64,000 nt of DNA from Longimicrobiales bacterium (GTDB lineage Bacteria > Gemmatimonadota > Gemmatimonadetes > Longimicrobiales > Gaopeijiaceae), in assembly GCA_965202985.1 (NCBI GenBank), contig CBDBCF010000002.1, positions 416,001 to 480,000 of the forward strand, read 5' to 3'. Under the pieces are notes generated by a model. That model searched no databases. It had not been told where the DNA came from and saw only the letters and a program-made list of their open reading frames with translations. Shown piece after piece: positions 18,468 through 27,409 of the stretch. The position numbers and the translations under genes are program-made. How positions within the stretch are numbered: position 1 is the stretch's first letter; each line of letters starts with the position of its first letter.

Positions 18468-19007
18468 GTGGATGCCGCAGACCGGCGGATCGCCGACTCC
18501 GCAACGACGATGTGCCGATGCACCGTCGAACTCACCGCCTGGATCGACCGCATCAAGTATCCGGTTGATGTGCGCGCGGTCGAGGAGACCGTGGAAGACC
18601 AGGCGTCGCAGGCCCTCGCCAGCGTGCTTGAAGGCTTCGAGATCGAGATCGATCGATGCGACTGCACGTTGATCACCGACCGGGATCGTCTAAGCCGCCT
18701 CTTTCGTGAACACCACGCGGCTCGGGTCGAGGCCGCGAAGACTTGGCACCGCCGTGCTCAAGGTCGCGCCGCTTCGAAGGCGGGTCGCGATTGGCCCGGC
18801 GTGTCCGCCGACACACGTCGAGCGCTCCGGGCCGAGGCCGAGAACGAACCCGAGAATCCCAAGACCGAAGGAGCGGACGCGCCTGGGGTCGACGCCGGTG
18901 ACCGACCTGGAGCCCGGGAAGGAGACCCGCGACCCGGAGCCCGGACGCTGGCGAAGATCCGGTGTGTCGTCGGCCGAACTCCGTGCCGAGGCCGAAAACG
19001 CCGTTGA
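18468..19007 (+). CDS. Hypothetical protein, possibly degenerate, abutting dif
   Basis: Protein-like N-terminal half; the LRAEAEN motif recurs in a different frame at ~18980, suggesting a frameshift. Confidence 0.35.
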   Translation: MDAADRRIADSATTMCRCTVELTAWIDRIKYPVDVRAVEETVEDQASQALASVLEGFEIEIDRCDCTLITDRDRLSRLFREHHAARVEAAKTWHRRAQGRAASKAGRDWPGVSADTRRALRAEAENEPENPKTEGADAPGVDAGDRPGAREGDPRPGARTLAKIRCVVGRTPCRGRKRR

Positions 19008-19058
19008 TCTGGCGCTCGGCGGCGGCCAAGGTAATCCCTGGGCGGAGCAACGCCTTGA

Positions 19059-19086
19059 AGTTCGTATAATATGTATTATGTAAAGT
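19059..19086 (+). other. dif site (XerC/XerD chromosome dimer resolution site)
   Basis: AGTTCGTATAA-TATGTA-TTATGTAAAGT: 11-6-11 layout matching E. coli dif GGTGCGCATAA-TGTATA-TTATGTTAAAT; isolated AT-rich spot in very GC-rich DNA. Confidence 0.9.
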
Positions 19087-19193
19087 TGAAGGAACAGGAA
19101 TCGGGCCAGTCAGTCCACGGTTGAGTCTGGGCCCGCTGCCTCCCCTTCCTGAACGGGAAACGGCTTCCGTGGAGCGTGGCCCGTACCGCTCGG

Positions 19194-20291
19194 TCAGCGG
19201 AACAGGTCTTCGATGCGCGCGGCGAGGTCCGTGCTCATGGGCGCACCGCTGAGGTTGGCCGTCACGGCCACGATCGCGCCCGTGTCCCGGTTCACGGTGA
19301 GCACGGTTCGCCCGCCGACGGAGCCTCCGGTGTGGGAGACGATCCGCTCGCCTCGGCTGTTCACGCTCGACCGCCAGCCGATCCCGTAGCCCGTCTCGTC
19401 TCCGTTGCGCAAGCGCTGGGGCTCGAAGAGCACCTCCAGCGTGGCGGCCGACAGGAAGTCGGCGTCCAGATGGGCGGCGGCGAAGCGCAGCAGGTCTTCC
19501 GGCGTGGACAGGAACCCTCCACCCGCCCACTTGTAGCTGTTGTCCACATGGGGCGCGTTGAGGACCTGGCCTCCTTCCCCTTCCACGTAGAACCGAGTTC
19601 GGTGCGGGATGATGCTGTCCGTATGGCCGGCCACGGTATGCCGCATTTCGAGCGGGTCGAAGACGACGCGGTCCATGTACGTCAAGAAGGGCTCGCCGCT
19701 GGCCCCTTCCACGACGGCGCTGATCAGGTTCCAGCCGTAGCTGGAGTAGACGTACGCCGTGCCGGGTTCGTGTAGAAGCGAGTCGTCCCGAAAGATCGCG
19801 AGTCCCGAGAGCACGGTGGGATACCGCGCGGACGAGAAGTTCTCCATGCCCCGGTAGTGACGAACGCCGGCCAGGTGACCCGCCAGCTGCCGGGTCGTGA
19901 CCGGCCAACGCTTCTCCGGAAACGAGGGCACGTAGCGCTGCACGGGCGCGTCCAGGTCCAGCCGGCCGGCGTCCAGCAGCACGCCGAGCGCCGCGGCGGT
20001 CAGCGGCTTGGAGACGCTCCCGACGCGGAACTTGGTCAGTTGCGTCACCGACACGCCGTGGGTCAAGTCCGCGGAGCCGAAGCCTTCCGACCACAACACG
20101 CGGTCCCCCCTGCCCACGGCCGCCGACAGGCCGGGTATGGAATGCGCCTTCATGACCGAATCGAGCAGAACGCGGGCGGCGGCTTCGGGCCCGACCTGCG
20201 GCTCCCCCTGCGGGGTCGGTCGGCAGGCAAGCGGCAACAGCGAAGAGGTGGTCGCGACGCCTGCGAAGGCCAATCTGACGATGATGTTCAT
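19194..20291 (-). CDS. Serine hydrolase, beta-lactamase/LACTB-like family
   Basis: SxxK (GSVSK), LAGHLAGVRHY, YSSYG, HTGG; lipobox-like LPLAC. Confidence 0.88.
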   Translation of the reverse strand: MNIIVRLAFAGVATTSSLLPLACRPTPQGEPQVGPEAAARVLLDSVMKAHSIPGLSAAVGRGDRVLWSEGFGSADLTHGVSVTQLTKFRVGSVSKPLTAAALGVLLDAGRLDLDAPVQRYVPSFPEKRWPVTTRQLAGHLAGVRHYRGMENFSSARYPTVLSGLAIFRDDSLLHEPGTAYVYSSYGWNLISAVVEGASGEPFLTYMDRVVFDPLEMRHTVAGHTDSIIPHRTRFYVEGEGGQVLNAPHVDNSYKWAGGGFLSTPEDLLRFAAAHLDADFLSAATLEVLFEPQRLRNGDETGYGIGWRSSVNSRGERIVSHTGGSVGGRTVLTVNRDTGAIVAVTANLSGAPMSTDLAARIEDLFR

Positions 20292-20338
20292 GGGGCTCCT
20301 TTGGGCAGTGGGGGGGCGAACCGCATTGGGTGCGTGCA

Positions 20339-20911
20339 TTAGAACGCCAAGAAGTTCTCCACGATGCGGCGGCCGCCCTCGGTGAACCACGACTCGGGGT
20401 GGAACTGAACGCCCCACACGGGATGCTCCGCGTGGCGCATGGCCTGAATCTCGCCTTCGTCGGCCGGGTCCGCGCTCCACGCGATCGGCTCGAGGCCGGG
20501 CGGCAGGTCGGGAGCAGCCACCAGGGAATGGTAGCGCGCAACCCGCATGGGCGACGAGACCCCGTCGAAGAGCGCGTCGCCCGCGTGGACCACCGAGGCC
20601 GTCTTGCCGTGGACGGCCCGGGCGGCGCGGATCGTGCGGCCGCCGTAAGCCTCGCCGATCGACTGGTGCCCCAGACAGACGCCTAAGGTCGGCACGCGAG
20701 GCCCCAACAGTCGAATCGCCTCCACGCTGATCCCGGCGTCCGCCGGAGTGCACGGTCCGGGAGACACGACGAGCCGTTCGATTCCGGCGTTGAGCAGTTC
20801 GTCGGGCGTCGCGGCGTCGTTGCGGAAGACCTGGGGATCGCCCCCCAGCGCTCCCAGCATCTGGACCAGGTTCCAGGTGAACGAGTCGTAGTTGTCGATG
20901 ACGGCAAGCAT
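20339..20911 (-). CDS. trpG: Anthranilate/aminodeoxychorismate synthase component II
   Basis: IDNYDSFT, SPGPC, GVCLGHQ, RYHSL, QFHPES. Confidence 0.93.
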   Translation of the reverse strand: MLAVIDNYDSFTWNLVQMLGALGGDPQVFRNDAATPDELLNAGIERLVVSPGPCTPADAGISVEAIRLLGPRVPTLGVCLGHQSIGEAYGGRTIRAARAVHGKTASVVHAGDALFDGVSSPMRVARYHSLVAAPDLPPGLEPIAWSADPADEGEIQAMRHAEHPVWGVQFHPESWFTEGGRRIVENFLAF

Positions 20912-20938
20912 GGCTTCATGGGCGACCTGCGCCCGGCG

Positions 20939-21943
20939 TTACCCTCGGAACATGGAGCGAACGACGAATCCGACGTTCGCGGGCCGCTCCGCCAGCCGCC
21001 GAACGTACCAGGGGAACCAGTGGTCGCCGTAGCTGATCAGCACGCGGACCTTCCGGTCTTCGGACGCCAGCCGCGTCTGCTCTTCTCGGCCGATGCCGTA
21101 CAGCATCGGGTATTCGTAGGAGTGCGGATCGACGTCGTGGCTTGCCGCCCAGGCTTCGATACGACGGATCAGAGCGATGTCGTGGGTGGCGAAGCCGGCG
21201 CGCGTTCCCGCCTGGCGCGCGTCCGGGGCCAGCATCCGCGTCGCGAGGTCGAAGAACGCCTGGTCCACGACAGACTTCTCGGCAATCGCCGTCTCCGGCG
21301 GCTCGGCATAGGCGCCCTTGACGAGCCGGACCGAGGGGCCGACGGGCACCAGCGACTCCAAGTCGGCGGGCGTCCTGTGCAGGTAGGCTTGCAGGCAGAC
21401 GCCGAAGTCGTCGTGATCGGCCTGCACGGCTCGGTACAGGTCCAGCGTGGCATCCACGTAGCGGCTCTGCTCCATGTCCAGCCAGACTCGGTTGCCGAAG
21501 TCGGCGGCGGCCTTCGCCACCCGGCGCACGTTGCGTTCGGCCACGTCCAGGCCCAAGTCCAGGCCCAGGTGCGTGGGCTTGAGCGAGATCTCCGCGTCCA
21601 GTCCCCGGGCGGCGATCACGCCTGCCGCGTCTACGTAGTGGTCCGCGACGGCTTGCGCTTCGGCGGCGTTGGCCACGTTCTCTCCCAAGAAGGTGACCAA
21701 GGTGGGAATTCCGGCCCCGCGCTCCAGCGTCTCCGCCGCTTCCAGCGCTTCGTCCAACGTCTCGCCCGGCATGAACCGGCGCACGGCGCGGCGGACGAAC
21801 CCGTAGCGCGGCATCGATTCCCTGCACCACCGGTTTTCCGAGATCCAGAGCAACGCGGGTCGCAACATTCCGGAAATGTCGCCCCCGGCTAGCGCGGAAT
21901 CAACGGGTCGCGGGGCCGCGGCCACCGTCTCGGCGACGGCCAT
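20939..21943 (-). CDS. Monofunctional proline dehydrogenase
   Basis: RFMPGE, SLKPTHLG, LDME, LQAYLHRT, RLVKGAY, ATHD, YVRRLAERPAN. Confidence 0.92.
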   Translation of the reverse strand: MAVAETVAAAPRPVDSALAGGDISGMLRPALLWISENRWCRESMPRYGFVRRAVRRFMPGETLDEALEAAETLERGAGIPTLVTFLGENVANAAEAQAVADHYVDAAGVIAARGLDAEISLKPTHLGLDLGLDVAERNVRRVAKAAADFGNRVWLDMEQSRYVDATLDLYRAVQADHDDFGVCLQAYLHRTPADLESLVPVGPSVRLVKGAYAEPPETAIAEKSVVDQAFFDLATRMLAPDARQAGTRAGFATHDIALIRRIEAWAASHDVDPHSYEYPMLYGIGREEQTRLASEDRKVRVLISYGDHWFPWYVRRLAERPANVGFVVRSMFRG

Positions 21944-22634
21944 CGTCTTGGGGGCGACTGCCGTGGTCCGGGGCGTCCTGCCGGCTCAGGCGGGCCAGCA
22001 CCCCGGTCAGCTGTTCCAGCGCGCCGTCCAGGGCCGCGTCTCTCTCGGCCCGCGTGTCGTGGCGCTCGAAGCGAAGGGGCCGGCCGAAGCGGATCCGCAC
22101 CGGAACGCGGCAGGGTCGCCGAGTCCATCGCGGCCAGGCGCCGAAGGAACCGTCCACTCCGCAGGGCACCACGGGGACTCCGGCCTTGAGGATCAGGCGG
22201 ACGGTTCCCCGGCGGAGAGGCTGAAGCGTTCCGTCCCAGCTGCGCTCGCCTTCCGGGTAGATGCCCACCACGCCGCCCGCCTCCAAGACGCGAAGGGCCG
22301 TCCGCACGGCCTGCGGGTCGATGCGGTACCGCCGGACCGGGATCGCGTTGACCCTGAGCAGGAGCCAGCGGACGAAGCGACCGGACGACGAGAACTGGCC
22401 GCTCTTGGTGAAGGAATGGACGGGCCGACCGCAGGTGCCTTGCACGAGGACCGGGTCCAGGACGCTCTGATGGTTCGCGATCAGGAAGCACGGCCCGGAT
22501 CGGGGAACGTTCTCCAGGCCGCGGACCTCGAGGCGCACCAACACGAACGAAAGCGCCTTTCCCACCCACCGCAGACAGGAGTACCAAGGCGAGGCCGATG
22601 CAGCTCCGACCGACGGACTCGGGCATGCGCTCAA
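21900..22634 (-). CDS. plsC: 1-acyl-sn-glycerol-3-phosphate acyltransferase (PlsC family)
   Basis: NHQSVLD (NHxxxxD), YPEGERS, PVVPC; TTG start overlaps the upstream TGA. Confidence 0.85.
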   Translation of the reverse strand: MSACPSPSVGAASASPWYSCLRWVGKALSFVLVRLEVRGLENVPRSGPCFLIANHQSVLDPVLVQGTCGRPVHSFTKSGQFSSSGRFVRWLLLRVNAIPVRRYRIDPQAVRTALRVLEAGGVVGIYPEGERSWDGTLQPLRRGTVRLILKAGVPVVPCGVDGSFGAWPRWTRRPCRVPVRIRFGRPLRFERHDTRAERDAALDGALEQLTGVLARLSRQDAPDHGSRPQDDGRRRDGGRGPATR

Positions 22635-23266
22635 GGGCGGTCCGCCGGTCGAGGGGCCGCGGTCTCGATCCGAGGCTGGAACTCCAACACGGCGCCCCTG
22701 CCCGCCCGTCGGTAGGCGTCCCGGACCAAGGCGCGCAGCATCTCTTCCCACCGCCGGGGCGAATCGGCCGCGAACCGAAGCTGCACGAGCCGGTCGCCGG
22801 GAAGGGAGAGCTGAAGCGACGACGAAGACGCCTGGACCGCCCGAAGCTCCAAGTAGTTCCACCGCCCCGATTCGGCGGACGGCGCCTCGATGCGGACCTC
22901 GTCTCGATCCGCAGCGACCGTGCCCTGCGCTTCGGGCGCCATCGTCTCGGAGAACCCTCGCAAGGTTCCCTTGTACCAGATCGCCCGCTCCTTGTCGCGC
23001 CACGCGACGAAAACCCGCGCCGAGTGCCGGAAGTCGGCGTCGGGACGGAATGGGTCGTCGCTGAACTCGTCGTGCAACTCTATGTCTCGCAATAACTTGG
23101 ATGCCTCTACTTCATGCGTTCCATGACTCGTGCTCGACACGAACAGCCTTCCGCGACGCCGCGCGACCCGGGTTCCGCAGGAGCGGCATCGCGCCCGGTC
23201 GCCCCTTCCGTCCATGGGATGACGACCGCACGCTGGACAGCGGTAGCAGAGGTCGGTAAGCGCCAC
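22631..23266 (-). CDS. Hypothetical protein with an N-terminal zinc ribbon
   Basis: YRCPACG...CRSCG; translationally coupled to plsC. Confidence 0.7.
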   Translation of the reverse strand: MALTDLCYRCPACGRHPMDGRGDRARCRSCGTRVARRRGRLFVSSTSHGTHEVEASKLLRDIELHDEFSDDPFRPDADFRHSARVFVAWRDKERAIWYKGTLRGFSETMAPEAQGTVAADRDEVRIEAPSAESGRWNYLELRAVQASSSSLQLSLPGDRLVQLRFAADSPRRWEEMLRALVRDAYRRAGRGAVLEFQPRIETAAPRPADRP

Positions 23267-23284
23267 TGGGCTTTCGGTGCGGCC

Positions 23285-24097
23285 TCAGAGCCTGCCGGCG
23301 AGATCGAGAAGCCGGAGCTTCCAGACGCGCCACGCCGCTTCCCAGAGGATGCGCTGGGACATCTTTGAGTCTCCGCTGACGCGCTCGGTGAAGACGAACG
23401 GCACCTCGCGAAGCTCGGCGCCCGCTCTCCAGGCCCGCAGCTTGAGTTCGATCTGAAAGCTGTAGCCGGTGGACTCGATCCGCTCCAGGTCGACCGATTC
23501 CAGCACCGCCCGCCGAAAGGCGTTGAAGCCGCCGGTCGCGTCCTTGACCGGAAGGCGCGTGATCGTTCGGGCGTACCACGACCCGAAGATGCTGATCGCC
23601 AGACGGGTCGCGGGCCAGTCCACCACGCGGACGTGGCCCCCGACGTAGCGGGAACCCACGACCACGCCCGCGTGCCGGCTGTGTTCCAGGAACACCGGAA
23701 GCATCTTCGGCGGGTGAGAGAGGTCGGCGTCCATCTCCACGAAGAGGTCGAAGGGCCGCGCCAAGCCCCATGCGAAGCCGGCCGCATACGCTTTCCCCAG
23801 TCCCAGCTTGCCCGGCCGGTGAAGGACCGACACGCGCTCGTGACGACTGGCCAGCTCGTCGGCGGCCCGGCCAGTGCCGTCGGGAGAGTTGTCGTCCACC
23901 ACCAGCACGTGGAAGGCTTCGCCCTGCTCCAAGATCGAGGGCACGAGCCGGACCAAGTTTTCCCGCTCGTTGTACGTGGGAACCACCACGAGGACCTGGG
24001 TGTCCGGCGTCGTGGCGCCGGCGCTCGCGCCGCCTCCGGCACCGGACTGCCGGGCGGGCAGCGTTCCCTTGGTCCCTGCCTTGCTGGCGCTAGCCAC
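23285..24097 (-). CDS. Polyprenol monophosphomannose synthase-like GT2
   Basis: VVPTYNERENL, VDDNSPDGT, KLGLGKAY, EMDADLSH, DATGGF, GYSFQIE. Confidence 0.92.
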   Translation of the reverse strand: MASASKAGTKGTLPARQSGAGGGASAGATTPDTQVLVVVPTYNERENLVRLVPSILEQGEAFHVLVVDDNSPDGTGRAADELASRHERVSVLHRPGKLGLGKAYAAGFAWGLARPFDLFVEMDADLSHPPKMLPVFLEHSRHAGVVVGSRYVGGHVRVVDWPATRLAISIFGSWYARTITRLPVKDATGGFNAFRRAVLESVDLERIESTGYSFQIELKLRAWRAGAELREVPFVFTERVSGDSKMSQRILWEAAWRVWKLRLLDLAGRL

Positions 24098-25235
24098 TGC
24101 CCTGCCCCGTCAGGCGGCGGTACGCTTCCAGATGACGCTCCACCAGGCGGTCGTTGCTCCAGTGTCGGGCAACCCTCTGCCGGGCTGTCCGTCCGCGCTC
24201 CAGGAGAGCGGGGTCCGCGAGCAGGGCGACCACTTTGGCCGCCAGCGCCTCCGGATCGCCCGGCTCGAACAGCCCGCCCACCGCGTCGTCCACGATCTCC
24301 GGCAGGCCGCCCACGTTGGACGCGGCCACGGGCACGCCGCAGGCCATCGACTCCAGCGCCGCCACGGACGTGGCCTCCACGAGCGACGGCAGCACCGCCA
24401 AGTCGCCGGAACACAGCAGGCCGGGCATCTCGTCGTGCGGTCGGGGGCCCAGGAAGCGGATGCGCGACCCCACTCCCAGCTCTCCGGCCAAGCGTTCCAG
24501 GCGCTCGTGCTCGGGCCCGCCGCCGACGACCAGGGCGTCGATCTTGATCTCGTTCCGCGCGCCCGCGGCGACGATCGCCGGCATGGCCCGCACGAAGAAC
24601 TCGACGCCGTTCTTGGCGAAGAGTCGCCGGGGCACGACCAGGCGGCGGGCACCGGAGCCGGCGGAGGCGGGCATCGACGGCGGCACGGGCCGGAAGATGT
24701 CGGCGTCGACGCCGTTGACGAGCACTTCGGCCTCTAGGGAAGGTCCCAAACCCCGGACCGCCTGCGCCAATTCGTTGCTGGCCGCGAAGTTGTGGTCGCT
24801 GCGCCGGATCAACGCGCCCAAGGCGGAACGGGTCGTCTTGCGGGCGGCAAGGCGCAGGAAGTGCGAGGTGTGGATCGTCGCCGCCAGCGGCGTGCTGCGG
24901 CCCACGAGCGCAAGCGAGCACGGAAGGATCGACGGAAAGGCCTGGGCGTGCACCACGTCGGCGTCGGCAACGGCCTCGCGTGTGCGCTCGGTGGACCCGG
25001 CGGCGTGCGCGAACCAGCCCCACGGCGTGCGAGACGGCAGCGGCGTGCGCCATACCCGAACGCCGTCCGCCTCTTCGCGCGTCGGCAGGCCCGCGCGGGA
25101 CAAGGACGTGACGACGGTCACGACGTGGCCCCGCTCCGCCAATCCGCGGCAGAGGTAGTGGACATGGCTCTCCAGTCCGCCGACCTCGGGCGGATAGTAG
25201 ACGCAGTGGACGACGATCTTCAGGGACTGCTCCAA
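24090..25235 (-). CDS. Glycosyltransferase family 4
   Basis: YYPPEVGGLE, NGVD, KNG, EATSVAALESMACGVPV, VGGLPE. Confidence 0.9.
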   Translation of the reverse strand: MEQSLKIVVHCVYYPPEVGGLESHVHYLCRGLAERGHVVTVVTSLSRAGLPTREEADGVRVWRTPLPSRTPWGWFAHAAGSTERTREAVADADVVHAQAFPSILPCSLALVGRSTPLAATIHTSHFLRLAARKTTRSALGALIRRSDHNFAASNELAQAVRGLGPSLEAEVLVNGVDADIFRPVPPSMPASAGSGARRLVVPRRLFAKNGVEFFVRAMPAIVAAGARNEIKIDALVVGGGPEHERLERLAGELGVGSRIRFLGPRPHDEMPGLLCSGDLAVLPSLVEATSVAALESMACGVPVAASNVGGLPEIVDDAVGGLFEPGDPEALAAKVVALLADPALLERGRTARQRVARHWSNDRLVERHLEAYRRLTGQGSG

Positions 25236-26374
25236 TCTTCCGTCTCCCTGGGAACGCCGGCCAGATCCGCCAGGAGGATGTCGGCGATCCGTTCGCCGGC
25301 CCTGCCGTCGCCGTACGGATTGGAAGCGGGAGACGGATCGTCGCAGGGCTGGTCCAGCCGACGCGACGCTTCGGCCAAGATCCTAACCGGATCGGTGCCG
25401 ACAAGGGTGGCGACGCCGGCGCGCACCGCCTCTGGTCGTTCCGTGACTTCGCGCAGGACGAGCGCGTGCGTCCCGAACGCCGGCGCCTCTTCTTGGATGC
25501 CGCCCGAATCCGTCATCACGAGACTGGCGCGGTCCAGCACCGCCAGCAGGTCCCCGTAGGACAGGGGGCTCGTCAGGTGAACGCGCTCGACTTCGCCCAG
25601 CACCGCTTCGGCAGGCTCCCGAACCCGTGGGTTCGGATGCACGGGGTACAGGACGTCGATGTCGTGGAAGCGCGACGCCAGCGCCTTGACGGCGTCGAAC
25701 ACGCCCTTCAGCGGCGCCCCGAACGACTCTCGGCGGTGGGCCGTCAGAAGCACCAGGCGCCGGGAAGGTGAAGTCGCAACGAGGCGGGCGGCGCACGGGT
25801 TCTCGACGCGGCGGTGCCGTGCTCTCATGTCGCGGAGCGCATCCACGACCGTGTTGCCAGTCACGAAGACGCGGTCGGCGGGCACGCCCTCTCGCTTCAG
25901 GTTGCCGGCCGCCTCGGGCGTCGGCGCGAAGCAGTAGTCGGCCAGCACGTCGGTCATGCGCCGCAGCATCTCTTCCGGAAAGGGAGACCACTTCCTGCGG
26001 CTTCGCAGCCCAGCCTCGACGTGGGCCAGTCCGGAACGCTCGAAGAAGGCGGCCACGCTCGCGAAGAAGACCGTGGCCGTGTCGCCCTGAACGATCGTCA
26101 CGTCGGGTCGAAAGTCGGTCGCCACGTCCTTCAGTCCGTCCAGGCAGGCCCGGCCCACGTCGTGCAGACTCTGCCCTGGCCTCATGAGATCGAGGTCGTA
26201 GTCGGGCTCGATGGCGAACGCCGACAGCACCGGGTCCACGATCTCCGCATGCTGTCCCGTCAGTACGACCCGGTGATCGGCGCCGCCGCGGTCCTCGATC
26301 GCCCGGATCACCGGCGCCATCTTGACCGCCTCGGGGCGGGTCCCGATTACCGAAAGCATCCTGGGCGAGCACAT
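25220..26374 (-). CDS. wecB: UDP-N-acetylglucosamine 2-epimerase (non-hydrolysing)
   Basis: GTRPEAVKMAP, TGQH, QGDT, HVEAGLRS, TDSGGIQEE, NPYGDG. Confidence 0.95.
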   Translation of the reverse strand: MCSPRMLSVIGTRPEAVKMAPVIRAIEDRGGADHRVVLTGQHAEIVDPVLSAFAIEPDYDLDLMRPGQSLHDVGRACLDGLKDVATDFRPDVTIVQGDTATVFFASVAAFFERSGLAHVEAGLRSRRKWSPFPEEMLRRMTDVLADYCFAPTPEAAGNLKREGVPADRVFVTGNTVVDALRDMRARHRRVENPCAARLVATSPSRRLVLLTAHRRESFGAPLKGVFDAVKALASRFHDIDVLYPVHPNPRVREPAEAVLGEVERVHLTSPLSYGDLLAVLDRASLVMTDSGGIQEEAPAFGTHALVLREVTERPEAVRAGVATLVGTDPVRILAEASRRLDQPCDDPSPASNPYGDGRAGERIADILLADLAGVPRETEDWSSP

Positions 26375-26423
26375 GGTTGCGCAGAGGCCGGGCCGGGGGC
26401 GCCCCGTCCGAGCGGTCGCTCCC

Positions 26424-27407
26424 CTACCCTGCCGGGTCGGAGCTCGACGAGCCGGAGCTCGACTTGCGAAGCGCCTCCACCTCATCTCGCACGGAGGCGA
26501 TCATCTCCGCCAGGAACCCGGCCAGGAAGCAGAGCGCGCCCAGGGTCGTCAGGAGCATGACCAAGTAGAGCAGCGGCCGAAACCCTTGGCCGGCCACCAG
26601 GCGCCCGTAGAACGCCGCCGCCCCGACCAAGCCCGCCACCGCCATCAGCACCAGCCCCGGCACGCCGAAGGCCACGAGCGGGCGGTTCGACACCTTGAAC
26701 TGGAACCACACGGCCAGCAGGTCCAGTACCCCGCCCACGATGCGGCGGACGCCGGAATACTTGGACTTCCCCGCGCGTCTGGGGTGCAGGTCGATGTCGA
26801 TCTCCGTGACGCGGTATCCCTTCATATGGGCCGACACCACGAAGAAGCGGTGCCAGTCGTGACGAAGCCGAACGGCCTTCAGCACGTCGGCCCGAAACGC
26901 CTTCATGGAGTTGAGGTCGCTCACGGGCACTTGGAACATCTTCCGGCTCAGCGCATTGTACGTCGAAGAGACGACGCGCTTGTCGTACGCGCCCACCTTG
27001 CGCCCGGTCACGATGTCCCATCCCTCTTCGAGCTTGTCCAGGAAGCGCGGGACTTCCTTGGGGAGGTGCTGGAGGTCCGCGTCGAACAGGACCAGGTACG
27101 CCTTGTCGGTGGCCTCGGCGGCGGTCAGAAGAGCCTCGGTCTTGCCCCGATTGGAGGGATGGCGAAGCACGCGCAACCGGTCCCATCCGCCGGCTTCGGC
27201 CTCGGCCAAGTCTCCCGTTCCGTCGGCGGAACCGTCGTCCACGATCAGGACCTCGCCCGACAGGCTGTGTTCCTCGAAGGTGGAACGCAGCTCCCGGATC
27301 AGCCTGGGGACGTTGGGCGCCTCGTCGTAGGCCGGGACGACCAGGGCGAAGTCCCGGTAGGCGCCGGGAGTCGGGGAGCCGGCGCCGGCCCTTGGAGCGC
27401 TTGCCAA
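26424..27407 (-). CDS. GT2 polyprenyl-phosphate glycosyltransferase (GtrB/ArnC-like)
   Basis: VVPAYDE, VDDGSADGT, FDADLQH, HPRRAGKSKY, two C-terminal TM helices; start approximate. Confidence 0.88.
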   Translation of the reverse strand: MASAPRAGAGSPTPGAYRDFALVVPAYDEAPNVPRLIRELRSTFEEHSLSGEVLIVDDGSADGTGDLAEAEAGGWDRLRVLRHPSNRGKTEALLTAAEATDKAYLVLFDADLQHLPKEVPRFLDKLEEGWDIVTGRKVGAYDKRVVSSTYNALSRKMFQVPVSDLNSMKAFRADVLKAVRLRHDWHRFFVVSAHMKGYRVTEIDIDLHPRRAGKSKYSGVRRIVGGVLDLLAVWFQFKVSNRPLVAFGVPGLVLMAVAGLVGAAAFYGRLVAGQGFRPLLYLVMLLTTLGALCFLAGFLAEMIASVRDEVEALRKSSSGSSSSDPAG

Positions 27408-27409
27408 CC

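Noticed and set aside
19102..19135. Imperfect hairpin CGGGCC...GGCCCG right of dif as an ncRNA or terminator
   Set aside because: Short, imperfect, no U-tract; expected by chance at this GC content
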